In this document: positions 27,242-36,818 of the stretch, piece by piece
Layout of the letters: each line of letters opens with the position of its first letter
Position numbering within the stretch: position 1 is the first letter of the stretch
The notes under the pieces: generated by a model
Told to the model about the DNA's origin: nothing
Database searches by the model: none
The model's input: the letters and a program-made list of their open reading frames with translations, nothing else
Assembly (NCBI GenBank): GCA_963709345.1
Contig: CAVPVX010000011.1
Location: forward strand, 18,391-82,390
DNA length: 64,000 bases
Source of the DNA: an uncultured Actinomycetes bacterium
GTDB lineage: Bacteria; Actinomycetota; Thermoleophilia; UBA2241
Direction: 5' to 3'
Translations under genes and position numbers: made by a program

Positions 27242-28096
27242 TTGAGCGTGAACAAGCTGCTTGTCGCCGGCGCCGGCCAGATGGGCGCCGGCATCGTCCA
27301 GGTTTCGGCTGTGGCCGGGCTCGACGTGGTGATGATCGACGTCGCCGAGGAGTTCATCGCCCGGGGCATGGCCGGCATCGAGAAGGGCCTCGGCCGGATG
27401 GTCGACAAGGGACGCATGGAGGCCGCCGCCCGCGACGCCGCACTGGCGCGGATCACCACGAGCACCGACATGGCGGCCGGCGCCGACGCCGATCTCTTCG
27501 TCGAAGCGGCGCCGGAGGCCATGGAGATCAAGCAAGGCCTCTTCGAGGCGGCTTCTCGGATCCTGCGCCCGGACGCCGTCATTGCCACCAACACCTCGAG
27601 CCTCTCGGTCAGCGCCCTCGCCGCCTTCGTCTCCGCTCCGGAGCGCTTCGTCGGCATCCACTTCTTCAACCCGGTGCCGGTCATGGCGCTGGTCGAGGTG
27701 ATCCGCGGCGAGAAGACGAGCGACGCCACGCTCGCCGTGGCCCGTGCCTACGCGGAGGCGGTCGGCAAGACCGCGATCGCGGTCAGCGACTCACCCGGCT
27801 TCGTGGTCAACCGCATCCTCTTCCCGATGATCAACGAGGCCGCGAGCGCCTACGCCGAAGGAGTCGCGAGCGCCGAGGACATCGATACCGGCATGAAGCT
27901 CGGCACCAACTGGCCGATGGGCCCGCTGGCGCTCGCCGACCTCGTCGGTCTCGACACGACCAAGGCGGTGCTGGAGACCTTCGAGCGCGAGCTCGACGAC
28001 GCCAAGTACCATCCGGCCGCGATCCTCGGTGAGCTGGTCGCCGCCGGCAAGCTCGGGCGCAAGAGCGGCGCCGGCTTCTTCGACTACGGGAAGTGA
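27242..28096 (+). CDS. hbd: 3-hydroxybutyryl-CoA dehydrogenase
   Basis: TTG after GAGGAGGA. Rossmann GAGQMGAGIVQV. 3HCDH N- and C-terminal domain similarity. Confidence 0.9.
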   Translation: MSVNKLLVAGAGQMGAGIVQVSAVAGLDVVMIDVAEEFIARGMAGIEKGLGRMVDKGRMEAAARDAALARITTSTDMAAGADADLFVEAAPEAMEIKQGLFEAASRILRPDAVIATNTSSLSVSALAAFVSAPERFVGIHFFNPVPVMALVEVIRGEKTSDATLAVARAYAEAVGKTAIAVSDSPGFVVNRILFPMINEAASAYAEGVASAEDIDTGMKLGTNWPMGPLALADLVGLDTTKAVLETFERELDDAKYHPAAILGELVAAGKLGRKSGAGFFDYGK

Positions 28097-28103
28097 CGGC
28101 GCC

Positions 28104-28631
28104 GTGACTCCGCCGCGCCAAGGCTACGTCCAGCTCTACACCGGAGACGGCAAGGGAAAGACGACGGCCGCCCTCGGCCTCGTCGTGCGGGCGCTCGGCC
28201 AGGGTCTGCGGCCGGCCGTGCTGCAGTTCATGAAGTCCGATCCCACCTGGGGCGAGATCGTCACGCTCAAACGGCTGGAGGTGCCGGTTCGCCAGTGCGG
28301 GCTCGACCACTGGGTCTTCAAGGGCGAGGCCTCGGAAGAGGACCTCGCCGCCGCCGCCGCCGGCTTCGACCAGGCGCTCGCTCTCGTCGACAGTGGCGAG
28401 TACGACGTCGTCATCCTCGACGAGCTCGTGACGGCCGTCTTCTTCGAGCTCGTTCCCGTCGAGCGTGTGCTCGCCATGATCGCCGCGAAGCCGCCGGCCG
28501 TCGAGCTCGTGATCACCGGCCGCCGTGCCCCGGAGGAACTGCTCGCGGCGGCCGATCTGGTCACCGAGATGCGCCCCGTCAAGCACTACTTCGATGCTGG
28601 GGTCAAGGCTCGCCCGGGCATCGAGTACTAG
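28104..28631 (+). CDS. cobO: cob(I)yrinic acid a,c-diamide adenosyltransferase
   Basis: GYVQLYTGDGKGKTTAALG P-loop. CobA/CobO/BtuR family. The upstream part of the 28029 ORF was discounted. Confidence 0.85.
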   Translation: MTPPRQGYVQLYTGDGKGKTTAALGLVVRALGQGLRPAVLQFMKSDPTWGEIVTLKRLEVPVRQCGLDHWVFKGEASEEDLAAAAAGFDQALALVDSGEYDVVILDELVTAVFFELVPVERVLAMIAAKPPAVELVITGRRAPEELLAAADLVTEMRPVKHYFDAGVKARPGIEY

Positions 28632-28640
28632 GATGCGCCC

Positions 28641-29960
28641 GTGACGCACACGCTGATCTACCCGCACAGCGCCGCCCACAACGCCGCCGGCCACCTCGAG
28701 ATCGGCGGCTGCGACGTCGTCGAGCTCGCCGGCGAGTTCGGTACGCCGCTCTTCATCTACGACGAGCAGACGCTGCGCGACCAGTGCCGCGCCTACCACG
28801 CCGCCTTCAGCGCGCGTACCGACCTCTACGAGATCGTCTACGCGAGTAAGGCGTTCAGCTGTCGCGCGATGGTGGAGCTGGTGGCCGAGGAGGACCTCTC
28901 CATCGACGTGGCGACCGGCGGTGAGCTGGCCGCCGCACGGGCCGCCTCGTTCCCGCCCGGGCGCATCTACTTCCACGGCAACAACAAGTCCGTTGCCGAG
29001 ATCGAGTTCGGGCTCGACGCCGGAATCGGTCACTTCGTCGTCGACTCGTTCGAGGAGATCGACCGGATCGAGGCCGCCGCGGCCGCGCGCGAGGCGCGCC
29101 AGCAGGTGCTGGTGCGCGTCACGCCCGGCGTGCGGCCAAGCACGCACGACTTCGTCCAGACCGGCCAGCAGGACAGCAAGTTCGGCTTCGGTCTGGCCGA
29201 CGGCCGCGCCGCGGAGGCGGTGCGCCGTCTGCGCGACGCACCTCACCTCGAGCTGGTCGGCGTGCACGCGCACATCGGCTCCCAGATCTTCGAGCTCGAC
29301 TCGTACCGGCGTGAGGTCGAAGTGCTGTTCGTCGCCCTCGACGACTGGCGCCGGGAGTTCGGCTTCGAGTGCTGCGTCTTCAACATCGGGGGCGGCCTCG
29401 GCATCAGGTACACGGAGGCCGACCGGCCCAGCTCTATCGCCGAGTTCGCCGAAGTCGGCGTGAGCGCCGTGCGCGAGGGCGCCGAGCGGCACGGGATGAC
29501 CATGCCCAAGCTGTTTGTGGAGCCCGGGCGCAGCATCGCCGGCAAGGCCGCCGTGACCGCCTACACGGTGGGCACGGTCAAGGTCATCCCAGGGGTGCGC
29601 ACGTACGTCGCCGTCGACGGCGGCATGAGCGACAACCTGCGCCCGATGCTGTACGACTCCCGTTACGAGGCGATGCTGGCCTCCAAGGCCGAGATCCCGG
29701 CGACGGACGTCGTCACTGTCGCCGGCAAGCACTGCGAGTCGGGCGACGTCCTGGTGCGTGACGTCCACATCGCACCGCCGGAGCCGGGCGACATCCTCGT
29801 GACGCCGGGCACCGGAGCTTACGGCTACGCCATGGCGAACAACTACAACGCGCAGCCGCGCCCGGCCGTCGTCATGGCCGGTGGCGGCCGCGCCCGCCTG
29901 ATCATCGAGCGTGAGACCTGGGACGACGTGCTGCGCCTGCAGCGCCCCCTGGCCCCCTGA
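28641..29960 (+). CDS. lysA: diaminopimelate decarboxylase
   Basis: Orn/DAP decarboxylase fold II similarity (YASKAF, GGGLGI, CESGD). Confidence 0.9.
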   Translation: MTHTLIYPHSAAHNAAGHLEIGGCDVVELAGEFGTPLFIYDEQTLRDQCRAYHAAFSARTDLYEIVYASKAFSCRAMVELVAEEDLSIDVATGGELAAARAASFPPGRIYFHGNNKSVAEIEFGLDAGIGHFVVDSFEEIDRIEAAAAAREARQQVLVRVTPGVRPSTHDFVQTGQQDSKFGFGLADGRAAEAVRRLRDAPHLELVGVHAHIGSQIFELDSYRREVEVLFVALDDWRREFGFECCVFNIGGGLGIRYTEADRPSSIAEFAEVGVSAVREGAERHGMTMPKLFVEPGRSIAGKAAVTAYTVGTVKVIPGVRTYVAVDGGMSDNLRPMLYDSRYEAMLASKAEIPATDVVTVAGKHCESGDVLVRDVHIAPPEPGDILVTPGTGAYGYAMANNYNAQPRPAVVMAGGGRARLIIERETWDDVLRLQRPLAP

Positions 29961-29987
29961 CGACTCACGAGCGTGGAGGACACCACA

Positions 29988-31265
29988 GTGGACAAGGTAG
30001 GCATCGGGCTTCTCGGGTACGGCACCGTCGGGTCCGGCGTCGGCAAGCTCCTCAAGAAGAACGCCGCCGACATCACTCTCGCGACCGGCAAGACGGTAGA
30101 GCTGCGCCGGGTGCTCGAAAAGGACCCGGGCTTCAGCCACCCGGACCTCGACCCGGCACTGCTCACCACGCGCTTCGAGGACGTCATCGACGACCCCGGC
30201 ATCGACATCGTCGTCGAGCTCATCGGCGGGGTAGGCGTGGCGCTCGACTTCCAGCTCCGCGCCCTCAAGGCCGGCAAGCATGTGGTGACCGCCAACAAGC
30301 AGCTGCTCGCCCAGCACGGCGCGGAGCTCTTCGCGGCGGCCGAGGAGAGCGGCGTGCACCTGCGCTTCGAGGCCAGCGCCGTCGGCGCCGTCCCCGTCGT
30401 CAAGGTGTTGCGCGAATCGCTCGTGGCCGCCGAGGTCGACACCATCTTCGGCATCGTCAACGGCACCACCAACTACATGCTGAGCGAGATGGCCGCGACC
30501 GGCGCCGACTACGACGACGCGCTCGCGGAGGCCCAGCGACTGGGCTACGCCGAAGCCGACCCGACCGAGGACGTCGGCGGCAAGGATGCCGCCGCCAAGA
30601 TGGCGATCCTCAGTTCCATCGGCTTCCACAGCCGCGCGAAGCTCGACGACGTGGCCTACGAGGGCATCACCGGTGTCACCTCCGTCGACATCGCGCACGG
30701 CACGCGCCTCGGGCTCGTGGCCAAGCTGCTGGGCGTCGCCAAGCTCATCGACGGGCGGATGAACGTACGTGTGTATCCCGCCTTCCTGCCGAAGACTCAC
30801 CCGCTGGCCGGGGTGACGGGCGCCTACAACGCCGTCTTCCTCACCAGCGAGGCCTTCGACGAGATCATGCTGTTCGGCCCCGGCGCCGGCAGCGTGCCGA
30901 CCGCGTCGGCGGTGATCGGCGACGTCGTCTCGGTGGTCAACACCGTCAAGGGCAGCTTCGTCCAGAACTGCCTGTGCTACAAAGCCGTGCCGTTCTTCCC
31001 CGACGAAGACATGGTGTCGAGGTTCTACCTCAGGTTGAGGGTGAATGATCGGCCGGGCGTGCTCGCCAAGGTCAGTGCGCTGTTCGGCGAGCACGGCGTC
31101 AGCATCCACTCCATGGTCCAGGAGGGCGGCGGTGACGAGGCCGAACTCGTCCTGCTGCTCCATCCCGTGCGAGAGGCGCAGTTCTTCACCGCCCTGGAGC
31201 AGATCGGGGCGCTGCCGGACGTGCACGGGGACACGACGGTGATCCGCGTCGAGGGCGACGCCTGA
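29988..31265 (+). CDS. hom: homoserine dehydrogenase with C-terminal ACT domain
   Basis: GYGTVGSGV NAD site and Hom catalytic domain. The GTG at 29988 follows GGAGGA. An in-frame GTG at 29973 is the alternative. Confidence 0.9.
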   Translation: MDKVGIGLLGYGTVGSGVGKLLKKNAADITLATGKTVELRRVLEKDPGFSHPDLDPALLTTRFEDVIDDPGIDIVVELIGGVGVALDFQLRALKAGKHVVTANKQLLAQHGAELFAAAEESGVHLRFEASAVGAVPVVKVLRESLVAAEVDTIFGIVNGTTNYMLSEMAATGADYDDALAEAQRLGYAEADPTEDVGGKDAAAKMAILSSIGFHSRAKLDDVAYEGITGVTSVDIAHGTRLGLVAKLLGVAKLIDGRMNVRVYPAFLPKTHPLAGVTGAYNAVFLTSEAFDEIMLFGPGAGSVPTASAVIGDVVSVVNTVKGSFVQNCLCYKAVPFFPDEDMVSRFYLRLRVNDRPGVLAKVSALFGEHGVSIHSMVQEGGGDEAELVLLLHPVREAQFFTALEQIGALPDVHGDTTVIRVEGDA

Positions 31266-31288
31266 GCGGCGTCGGGAGAGGAGTCAGC

Positions 31289-32488
31289 ATGAGCAAAGGA
31301 AAGAGCGGCCGCATCGCGATCCTGACCGGCGGCGGCGACATCCCGGGCCTCAACCCGGCGATCCGCGCCGTCACCCTGAGGGCGCTGAGCGAGGGCTTCG
31401 ATGTGATCGGCATCCGTCGCGGGTGGGCCGGGCTCGTCGAGCTGCGTCGCGACGAGGCCGCGGACAACAGCGCCTGCGTCATGCAGTTGACCGCGGAGCT
31501 CGTGAACCGGCACGCGTACACCGGCGGGACCTTCCTGCACTCCTCGCGCACGCGGCCGAGCGCCGTGCCGGCGAAGGACGTGCCGGCTCACCTCCAGGAG
31601 ACGTACACGGCCGAGAAGAACGACCTGACCGACGAGGTCATCGCCAATCTCGAGTTCCTCGGCGTCGACTTCCTGGTGCCCGCCGGAGGCGACGACACGC
31701 TGAGCTACGGCGTCGAGCTCGGCCGCCGCGGCTTTCCCGTCGTGGCCATCCCCAAGACCATGGACAACGACGTGCCCGGCACCGACTACTGCATGGGCTT
31801 CGGCACCTGCGTGAACCGCACCATTCAGCTCGCACACCAGGTGACCAGTTCGGCGGCTTCACACGAGCGCATCGTCGTGCTCGAGGTCTTCGGCCGTTAC
31901 GCGGGGTTCACCGCGCTTCTGCCGACGTTCGCCGGCGCTGCCCAGCGCTGCCTCATCCCCGAGCACGAGTTCGAGATCGAGAAGCTCACCGAGCTGATCG
32001 TCGCCGATCGCAACGCACACCCGGACAAGCTCGCGGTGTGCATCGTCAGCGAGGGCGCGATGCCCGCCGGCGGCGAGATGGTGTTCGAGGGCGGCGAGAA
32101 GGATCAGTACGGTCACGCCAAGCTCGGCGGCATCGGGCAGCGCGTGAGCGCCCGTATCAAGGAGCTCTCGCCGCGGTTCAACGACGGCCGCAAGATCGAC
32201 ATGATCAGCATGAACCTCGGCTATCTCGTGCGCAGCGGGGCGCCGGATGCCGTGGACTGTATCGTGCCGACGGCGTACGGCAATCTCGCTCTCGACCTGA
32301 TCCTGCGCGGCGAGACGGGACGCATGGTCGCGCTGGCCGGCGGCCGCTACGGCTCCGTCCCGATCGAGGAGGTCGTGGCCACCAAGAAGGTCGTCGACGT
32401 CGACCGCTACTACGACGTCGAGTCGTACCGCCCGAAGTACACTGCTCTCGAGCTGTCGCCGATGATGGTGCTGGGCGGCGCCGGGTGA
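31289..32488 (+). CDS. pfk: 6-phosphofructokinase (PFK-A family, long form)
   Basis: RIAILTGGGDIPGLNPAIR, PKTMDNDV, MGFGTC. Confidence 0.85.
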   Translation: MSKGKSGRIAILTGGGDIPGLNPAIRAVTLRALSEGFDVIGIRRGWAGLVELRRDEAADNSACVMQLTAELVNRHAYTGGTFLHSSRTRPSAVPAKDVPAHLQETYTAEKNDLTDEVIANLEFLGVDFLVPAGGDDTLSYGVELGRRGFPVVAIPKTMDNDVPGTDYCMGFGTCVNRTIQLAHQVTSSAASHERIVVLEVFGRYAGFTALLPTFAGAAQRCLIPEHEFEIEKLTELIVADRNAHPDKLAVCIVSEGAMPAGGEMVFEGGEKDQYGHAKLGGIGQRVSARIKELSPRFNDGRKIDMISMNLGYLVRSGAPDAVDCIVPTAYGNLALDLILRGETGRMVALAGGRYGSVPIEEVVATKKVVDVDRYYDVESYRPKYTALELSPMMVLGGAG

Positions 32489-32528
32489 TCATGCCGCTTC
32501 CGCCGGATCGCTCGCGAAGGAGGAACTG

Positions 32529-33707
32529 ATGCGCAAACGAGTCCTGCTCGTTCCCGACGGCATGGCCGACGAGCCGCAGGCCGCGCTCGGCGGGCGCACG
32601 CCGCTCGAGGCGGCGGACACACCCGCCATGGACGGCCTGGCCCGCGGTGGCATCGTCGGTCTCGTGCACACGGTGCCGGACGGCATGGCGCCGGCCAGCG
32701 ACGTCGCCAACCTCGCGCTGCTCGGGTACGACCCGGCCGCCGTGTACAGCGGGCGCAGCCCGCTCGAGGCGGCCAGTATCGGGGTCGACCTCGGCCCCGA
32801 TGATGTCGCGTACCGCCTGAACTTCGTCACCATCGCCGGCGGCGTGATGAAGGACAACACCGCCGGTCACATCGACACCGCGGAGGCGCGCCTCTGCGTG
32901 GAGGCGCTCGAGGCCGAGCTCGGCGGCGGACCCTTCGAGTTCCACACCGGGGTCAGCTACCGCCACCTGCTCGTCTGGCGCGGCGGCGCCGTCGTGCCGT
33001 GCACGCCGCCGCACGACATCCTCGAGCAGCCGGTGGCCGGCCAGCTGCCCGGCGTCGCCGCGGGCGTCGCCGCCGACGGCTCCCCCGCAGCGCGCCTGGG
33101 CGAGCTTCAGCGGCGGGCGGACGACGTCCTCGAGCGCGTCCGACCCGGAACGAGCGCCTGGCTCTGGGGCGAGGGCACGGCGCCGCGCATGCCCCGCTTC
33201 TCCGACCTGTACAGCTTGAGCGGCGCCGTCGTCGGAGCGGTCGACCTCGTGCGTGGGCTGGGCCGTGTGGTCGGGCTCGACGTGGTCGACGTGCCCGGCG
33301 CCACCGGCGATCTGCGGACCGACTACGGCGCCAAGGCGCGGGCCGTCGTCGCCGCGCTCGAGGACCACGACTTCGTGTGGGTGCACGTGGAGGCGCCGGA
33401 CGAGGCCGCCCACATGGGCGATCTGGCCGAGAAGGTCCGCGCCATCACCCGCGTCGACTCCGAGGTGCTGGCGCCGATCCTTCTGGCGCCGACGCGCCCG
33501 GCCGTCATGGTGCTGCCCGATCATCTGACCCCGGTGCGCACGCAGACGCACGCCGTCGGCCCCGTGCCCTTCGTCATCAGCGAGCCGCTACCGGGCAGGG
33601 GCGGCGGTGGCGCCATGGCCTTCGGCGAGTCGCAGGCGTCGCACACCGGCCTCGTGGTGGACGACGGTCCCTCGCTCATGCGGTTGTTTCTCGAGGCGAC
33701 AGGGTGA
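32529..33707 (+). CDS. apgM: cofactor-independent phosphoglycerate mutase, archaeal ApgM type
   Basis: LLVPDGMADEP ... RTPLEAADTPAMDGLA ... SDVANLALLGYDP matches the ApgM N-terminus. 392 aa. Confidence 0.85.
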   Translation: MRKRVLLVPDGMADEPQAALGGRTPLEAADTPAMDGLARGGIVGLVHTVPDGMAPASDVANLALLGYDPAAVYSGRSPLEAASIGVDLGPDDVAYRLNFVTIAGGVMKDNTAGHIDTAEARLCVEALEAELGGGPFEFHTGVSYRHLLVWRGGAVVPCTPPHDILEQPVAGQLPGVAAGVAADGSPAARLGELQRRADDVLERVRPGTSAWLWGEGTAPRMPRFSDLYSLSGAVVGAVDLVRGLGRVVGLDVVDVPGATGDLRTDYGAKARAVVAALEDHDFVWVHVEAPDEAAHMGDLAEKVRAITRVDSEVLAPILLAPTRPAVMVLPDHLTPVRTQTHAVGPVPFVISEPLPGRGGGGAMAFGESQASHTGLVVDDGPSLMRLFLEATG

Positions 33708-33786
33708 GATCTGGGCCGGCGGACGAAATGCCACGGCTCGCCCGCCGCTTCCCGGGCTCTCCCGATCGGAGGAGGTGAGCCGAGTC

Positions 33787-36000
33787 ATGAGCGCGTCCCG
33801 AGAGCAGCCCGAGGGACCGTCGCCGCAGCGTGACCGGCCGGCCGCGGTCGACCCCGTGGCGACGACCAGCGCCGAGCGCTACGTGATGAGCGGCGGCCGC
33901 ACGTCTCGTCTCTCCATCAAGGAGGGCGACCTCTTCCTCTACTCCAACGAGCTCGGTCAGATCCCGGGCGCGGAGAATTCTGCTCTCGGGCTCTACTACC
34001 GCGACACCCGGCACCTCAGCCGGCACGAGCTGACGATCGCGGGACGCCAGCCGGTGCTGCTGAGCGCGAGCGCCGAGCGCGGGTACTCGGCCACGATCGA
34101 GCTGACCAACCTCGAGGCGCGAACCGCGGATGGGCGCACTCTGCCGCAGGCCAGCGTGCACGTCCGGCGCACGCGCTTCGTCTCCGGCCGCGTGTACGAG
34201 CGCGTGCGCGTGCGCAACTACGACCGGCGCGAGGTCGATCTCGTGCTCGACCTGCACTTCGCCGCGGACTTCGCCGATCTCTTCGAGATCCGGGGCACAC
34301 GCCGGCGCAGGAGGGGCACGCGGCTGGAGCCCAAGGTAGAAGGCGACTGTCTGTCACTCGCGTACCTGGGCCTGGACGAGGTCGTCCGCAGGACGATCAT
34401 CCACTTCGAGGACCCGCCGGACTCGATCAGGCAGGGCAGGGCGCGCTATCGGCTGCGGCTGGCGCCCGGAGCGCGTGTGGTGCTCAGCTACGACATGCGG
34501 GTGGTGGGGCCGGAGGCGCCCGGGGAAGACGTCGTCCCGTTCAACCAGGCTCTCGGCGCCCTGCGGCGCGACCACGAACGCTGGGAGTCCGGGGCCAGCG
34601 GCGTCTTCACCGACAACGACACGGTCAACCTGGTCCTGAGACGCGGGCAGCAGGACCTGCGCATGCTCTCGACGACCATCGGCGGAGAGCGGATCGCGCT
34701 GGCCGGGCTGCCCTGGTTCATGGCCCCGTTCGGTCGCGAGTTGGCGCTGCTCGGCCTGCAGACCCTGCTGCTCGACGTGCGCTGGGCTCAGGCCGCGGCG
34801 GACTTCCTGGCGCGTCGCCAGGGCACGCACGACAGCGCCTTTCGCGAGGAGCAACCCGGCAAGATCATGCACGAACTGCGGCGCGGCGAGCTCGCCGAGC
34901 TCCGCGCCGTGCCGCACACCCCCTACTACGGCTCCGTCGACGCCACCCCGCTCTGGCTGCTGCTCGTCGCCGAGCTCGCGATGTGGACCGGTGACCTCGA
35001 CGGGTTCGAGATGCGCTCGGCCGCCATCGATGCCGCTCTGGGCTGGATCGACGGCGCCGGCGATCCGGACGGCGACGGCTTCGTCGAGTACGAGCGGCGC
35101 TCCCGGCAGGGGCTGCGCAATCAGGGGTGGCGTGACTCTGCCGACGCCGTGATGCACGCCGACGGGTCGCAGGCGGAGGGGCCGATCGCCCTGGCCGAGA
35201 CGCAGGGCTACGTCTACTACGCCAAGCGCCGCCTCGCCGCCGTCTTCAGCCAGCTCGGCGACGTCGAGCGGGCCGAGCGTCTGTCTCAGGATGCGGCCAG
35301 GCTGAAGCGATCGTTCAACGAGCAGTTCTGGATGGAGGACGAGGGCTACTTCGCCATGGCTCTCGACGGCCGGAAGCGGCAAGTGCGCACGGTGTGCTCG
35401 ACGATCGGTCACGCCCTCTGGTCGCGGATCGTGGCCGAAGAGCACGTCCCGGCGGTCGTCAAGCGTCTCACCTCGCCGGACATGTTCACCGGGTGGGGTG
35501 TCCGCACCGTGAGCAAGGAGGCGCGCGCCTACAACCCGGTGAGCTTCTACAACGGGAGCGTCTGGCCGGCCGACACGGCGTTGATCGCCAACGGCATGAA
35601 GAAGCACGGGTACGTCCAGGAGTCGAACCGCCTCGCCTGGGGACTGGTCGAGGCGGCGGCTGCGCACGAGTACTCGCGGCTACCGGAGATGTTCTGCGGC
35701 TTCACCCGGCAGGCGATCGACCGGCCGGTCTCGTTCCCCATGGCGTGTTCGCCCGCCGCCAATTCCTCGGCTGCGCTCTTCGTCGTCCTCCAGGCGATGC
35801 TCGGCATCTACGCGCAGGCCGAGGAGAACATCGTCTACGTGCACAACCCGGTGCTGCCCAAGTGGCTCGGCGAGGTCACGCTCAGCAGCCTGCGCGTCGG
35901 ACGTACCACCATGCGCCTGCGCTTTCGTCGCGAGGGCGGCCAGACGAGCTTCGCGGTGCTCGACAAGCAGGGCCCGGGCCGTATCGTGGTGGTAGAGTGA
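33787..36000 (+). CDS. amylo-alpha-1,6-glucosidase / GDE_C-family glycoside hydrolase
   Basis: GDE N-bis domain plus an (alpha/alpha)6 GDE_C domain. ATG after GGAGGAGG. Confidence 0.75.
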   Translation: MSASREQPEGPSPQRDRPAAVDPVATTSAERYVMSGGRTSRLSIKEGDLFLYSNELGQIPGAENSALGLYYRDTRHLSRHELTIAGRQPVLLSASAERGYSATIELTNLEARTADGRTLPQASVHVRRTRFVSGRVYERVRVRNYDRREVDLVLDLHFAADFADLFEIRGTRRRRRGTRLEPKVEGDCLSLAYLGLDEVVRRTIIHFEDPPDSIRQGRARYRLRLAPGARVVLSYDMRVVGPEAPGEDVVPFNQALGALRRDHERWESGASGVFTDNDTVNLVLRRGQQDLRMLSTTIGGERIALAGLPWFMAPFGRELALLGLQTLLLDVRWAQAAADFLARRQGTHDSAFREEQPGKIMHELRRGELAELRAVPHTPYYGSVDATPLWLLLVAELAMWTGDLDGFEMRSAAIDAALGWIDGAGDPDGDGFVEYERRSRQGLRNQGWRDSADAVMHADGSQAEGPIALAETQGYVYYAKRRLAAVFSQLGDVERAERLSQDAARLKRSFNEQFWMEDEGYFAMALDGRKRQVRTVCSTIGHALWSRIVAEEHVPAVVKRLTSPDMFTGWGVRTVSKEARAYNPVSFYNGSVWPADTALIANGMKKHGYVQESNRLAWGLVEAAAAHEYSRLPEMFCGFTRQAIDRPVSFPMACSPAANSSAALFVVLQAMLGIYAQAEENIVYVHNPVLPKWLGEVTLSSLRVGRTTMRLRFRREGGQTSFAVLDKQGPGRIVVVE

Positions 36001-36035
36001 CCCGGGACTGAGGCGGTCCGCGGGGGACGCACAGG

Positions 36036-36818
36036 ATGACGCAGCTCACCATCGCCCACATCAGCGATCTGCACGCCGGCTCTCCGTACTTCGTGCCCAG
36101 CCTCATGGACCGCGTCGTCATCGAGCTCAACGAGCTGGCTCCGGAGATCGTCCTCTGCACTGGCGACCTCACCGAGATGGGCTTCCGCCAGGACTACGTG
36201 ACCGCCTGCGAGTATCTGCGGCGGATCGAGGCGCCGCAGGTCGTGATCCCCGGCAACCACGACGCCCGCAACGTCGGGTACGTGCACTTCGAGGAGATGG
36301 TCGGGCCGCGCTGGCAGAACATCCATCTTGACGACCTGACGATCGTCGCCGTCGACTCGACGGAGCCGGATCTCGACCACGGCCAGATCGGCCGGGCGCT
36401 CTATGACCGGCTCAGGGAGGAGTACGCCCGCCCGGCCGCGTTCCGCATCTTCATGCTGCACCACCACCTGCTTCCCGTCCCGGGCACGGGTCGTGAGCGC
36501 AACATCGTCTACGACGCCGGGGACCTGCTCGAAGTGCTCCAGGAGTGTGGCGTGAACCTGGTGCTCTCGGGGCACAAGCACGTGCCGTACGCGTGGCGTC
36601 TCGAGCGCCTCTTCGTGGTGAACGCCGGGACCTGCAGTTCGCTTCGCCTGCGCGGCAACACGAAGGCCTGCTACAACGTGATCCGCGTGGACGACGACCG
36701 CGTGCGGGTGGTGCGCAAGTACCCGTTCCACGGGGAGGAGACGCTGATCGACTTCGTGCCATCTACGGCCTCCTTCGAGAAGTACATCTGCTCCGTGCCC
36801 GAGGAGGAAGTGCGATAG
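36036..36818 (+). CDS. calcineurin-like metallophosphoesterase
   Basis: ISDLHAG ... GDLTE ... GNHD ... HHHL ... GHKH motif series. Confidence 0.8.
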   Translation: MTQLTIAHISDLHAGSPYFVPSLMDRVVIELNELAPEIVLCTGDLTEMGFRQDYVTACEYLRRIEAPQVVIPGNHDARNVGYVHFEEMVGPRWQNIHLDDLTIVAVDSTEPDLDHGQIGRALYDRLREEYARPAAFRIFMLHHHLLPVPGTGRERNIVYDAGDLLEVLQECGVNLVLSGHKHVPYAWRLERLFVVNAGTCSSLRLRGNTKACYNVIRVDDDRVRVVRKYPFHGEETLIDFVPSTASFEKYICSVPEEEVR

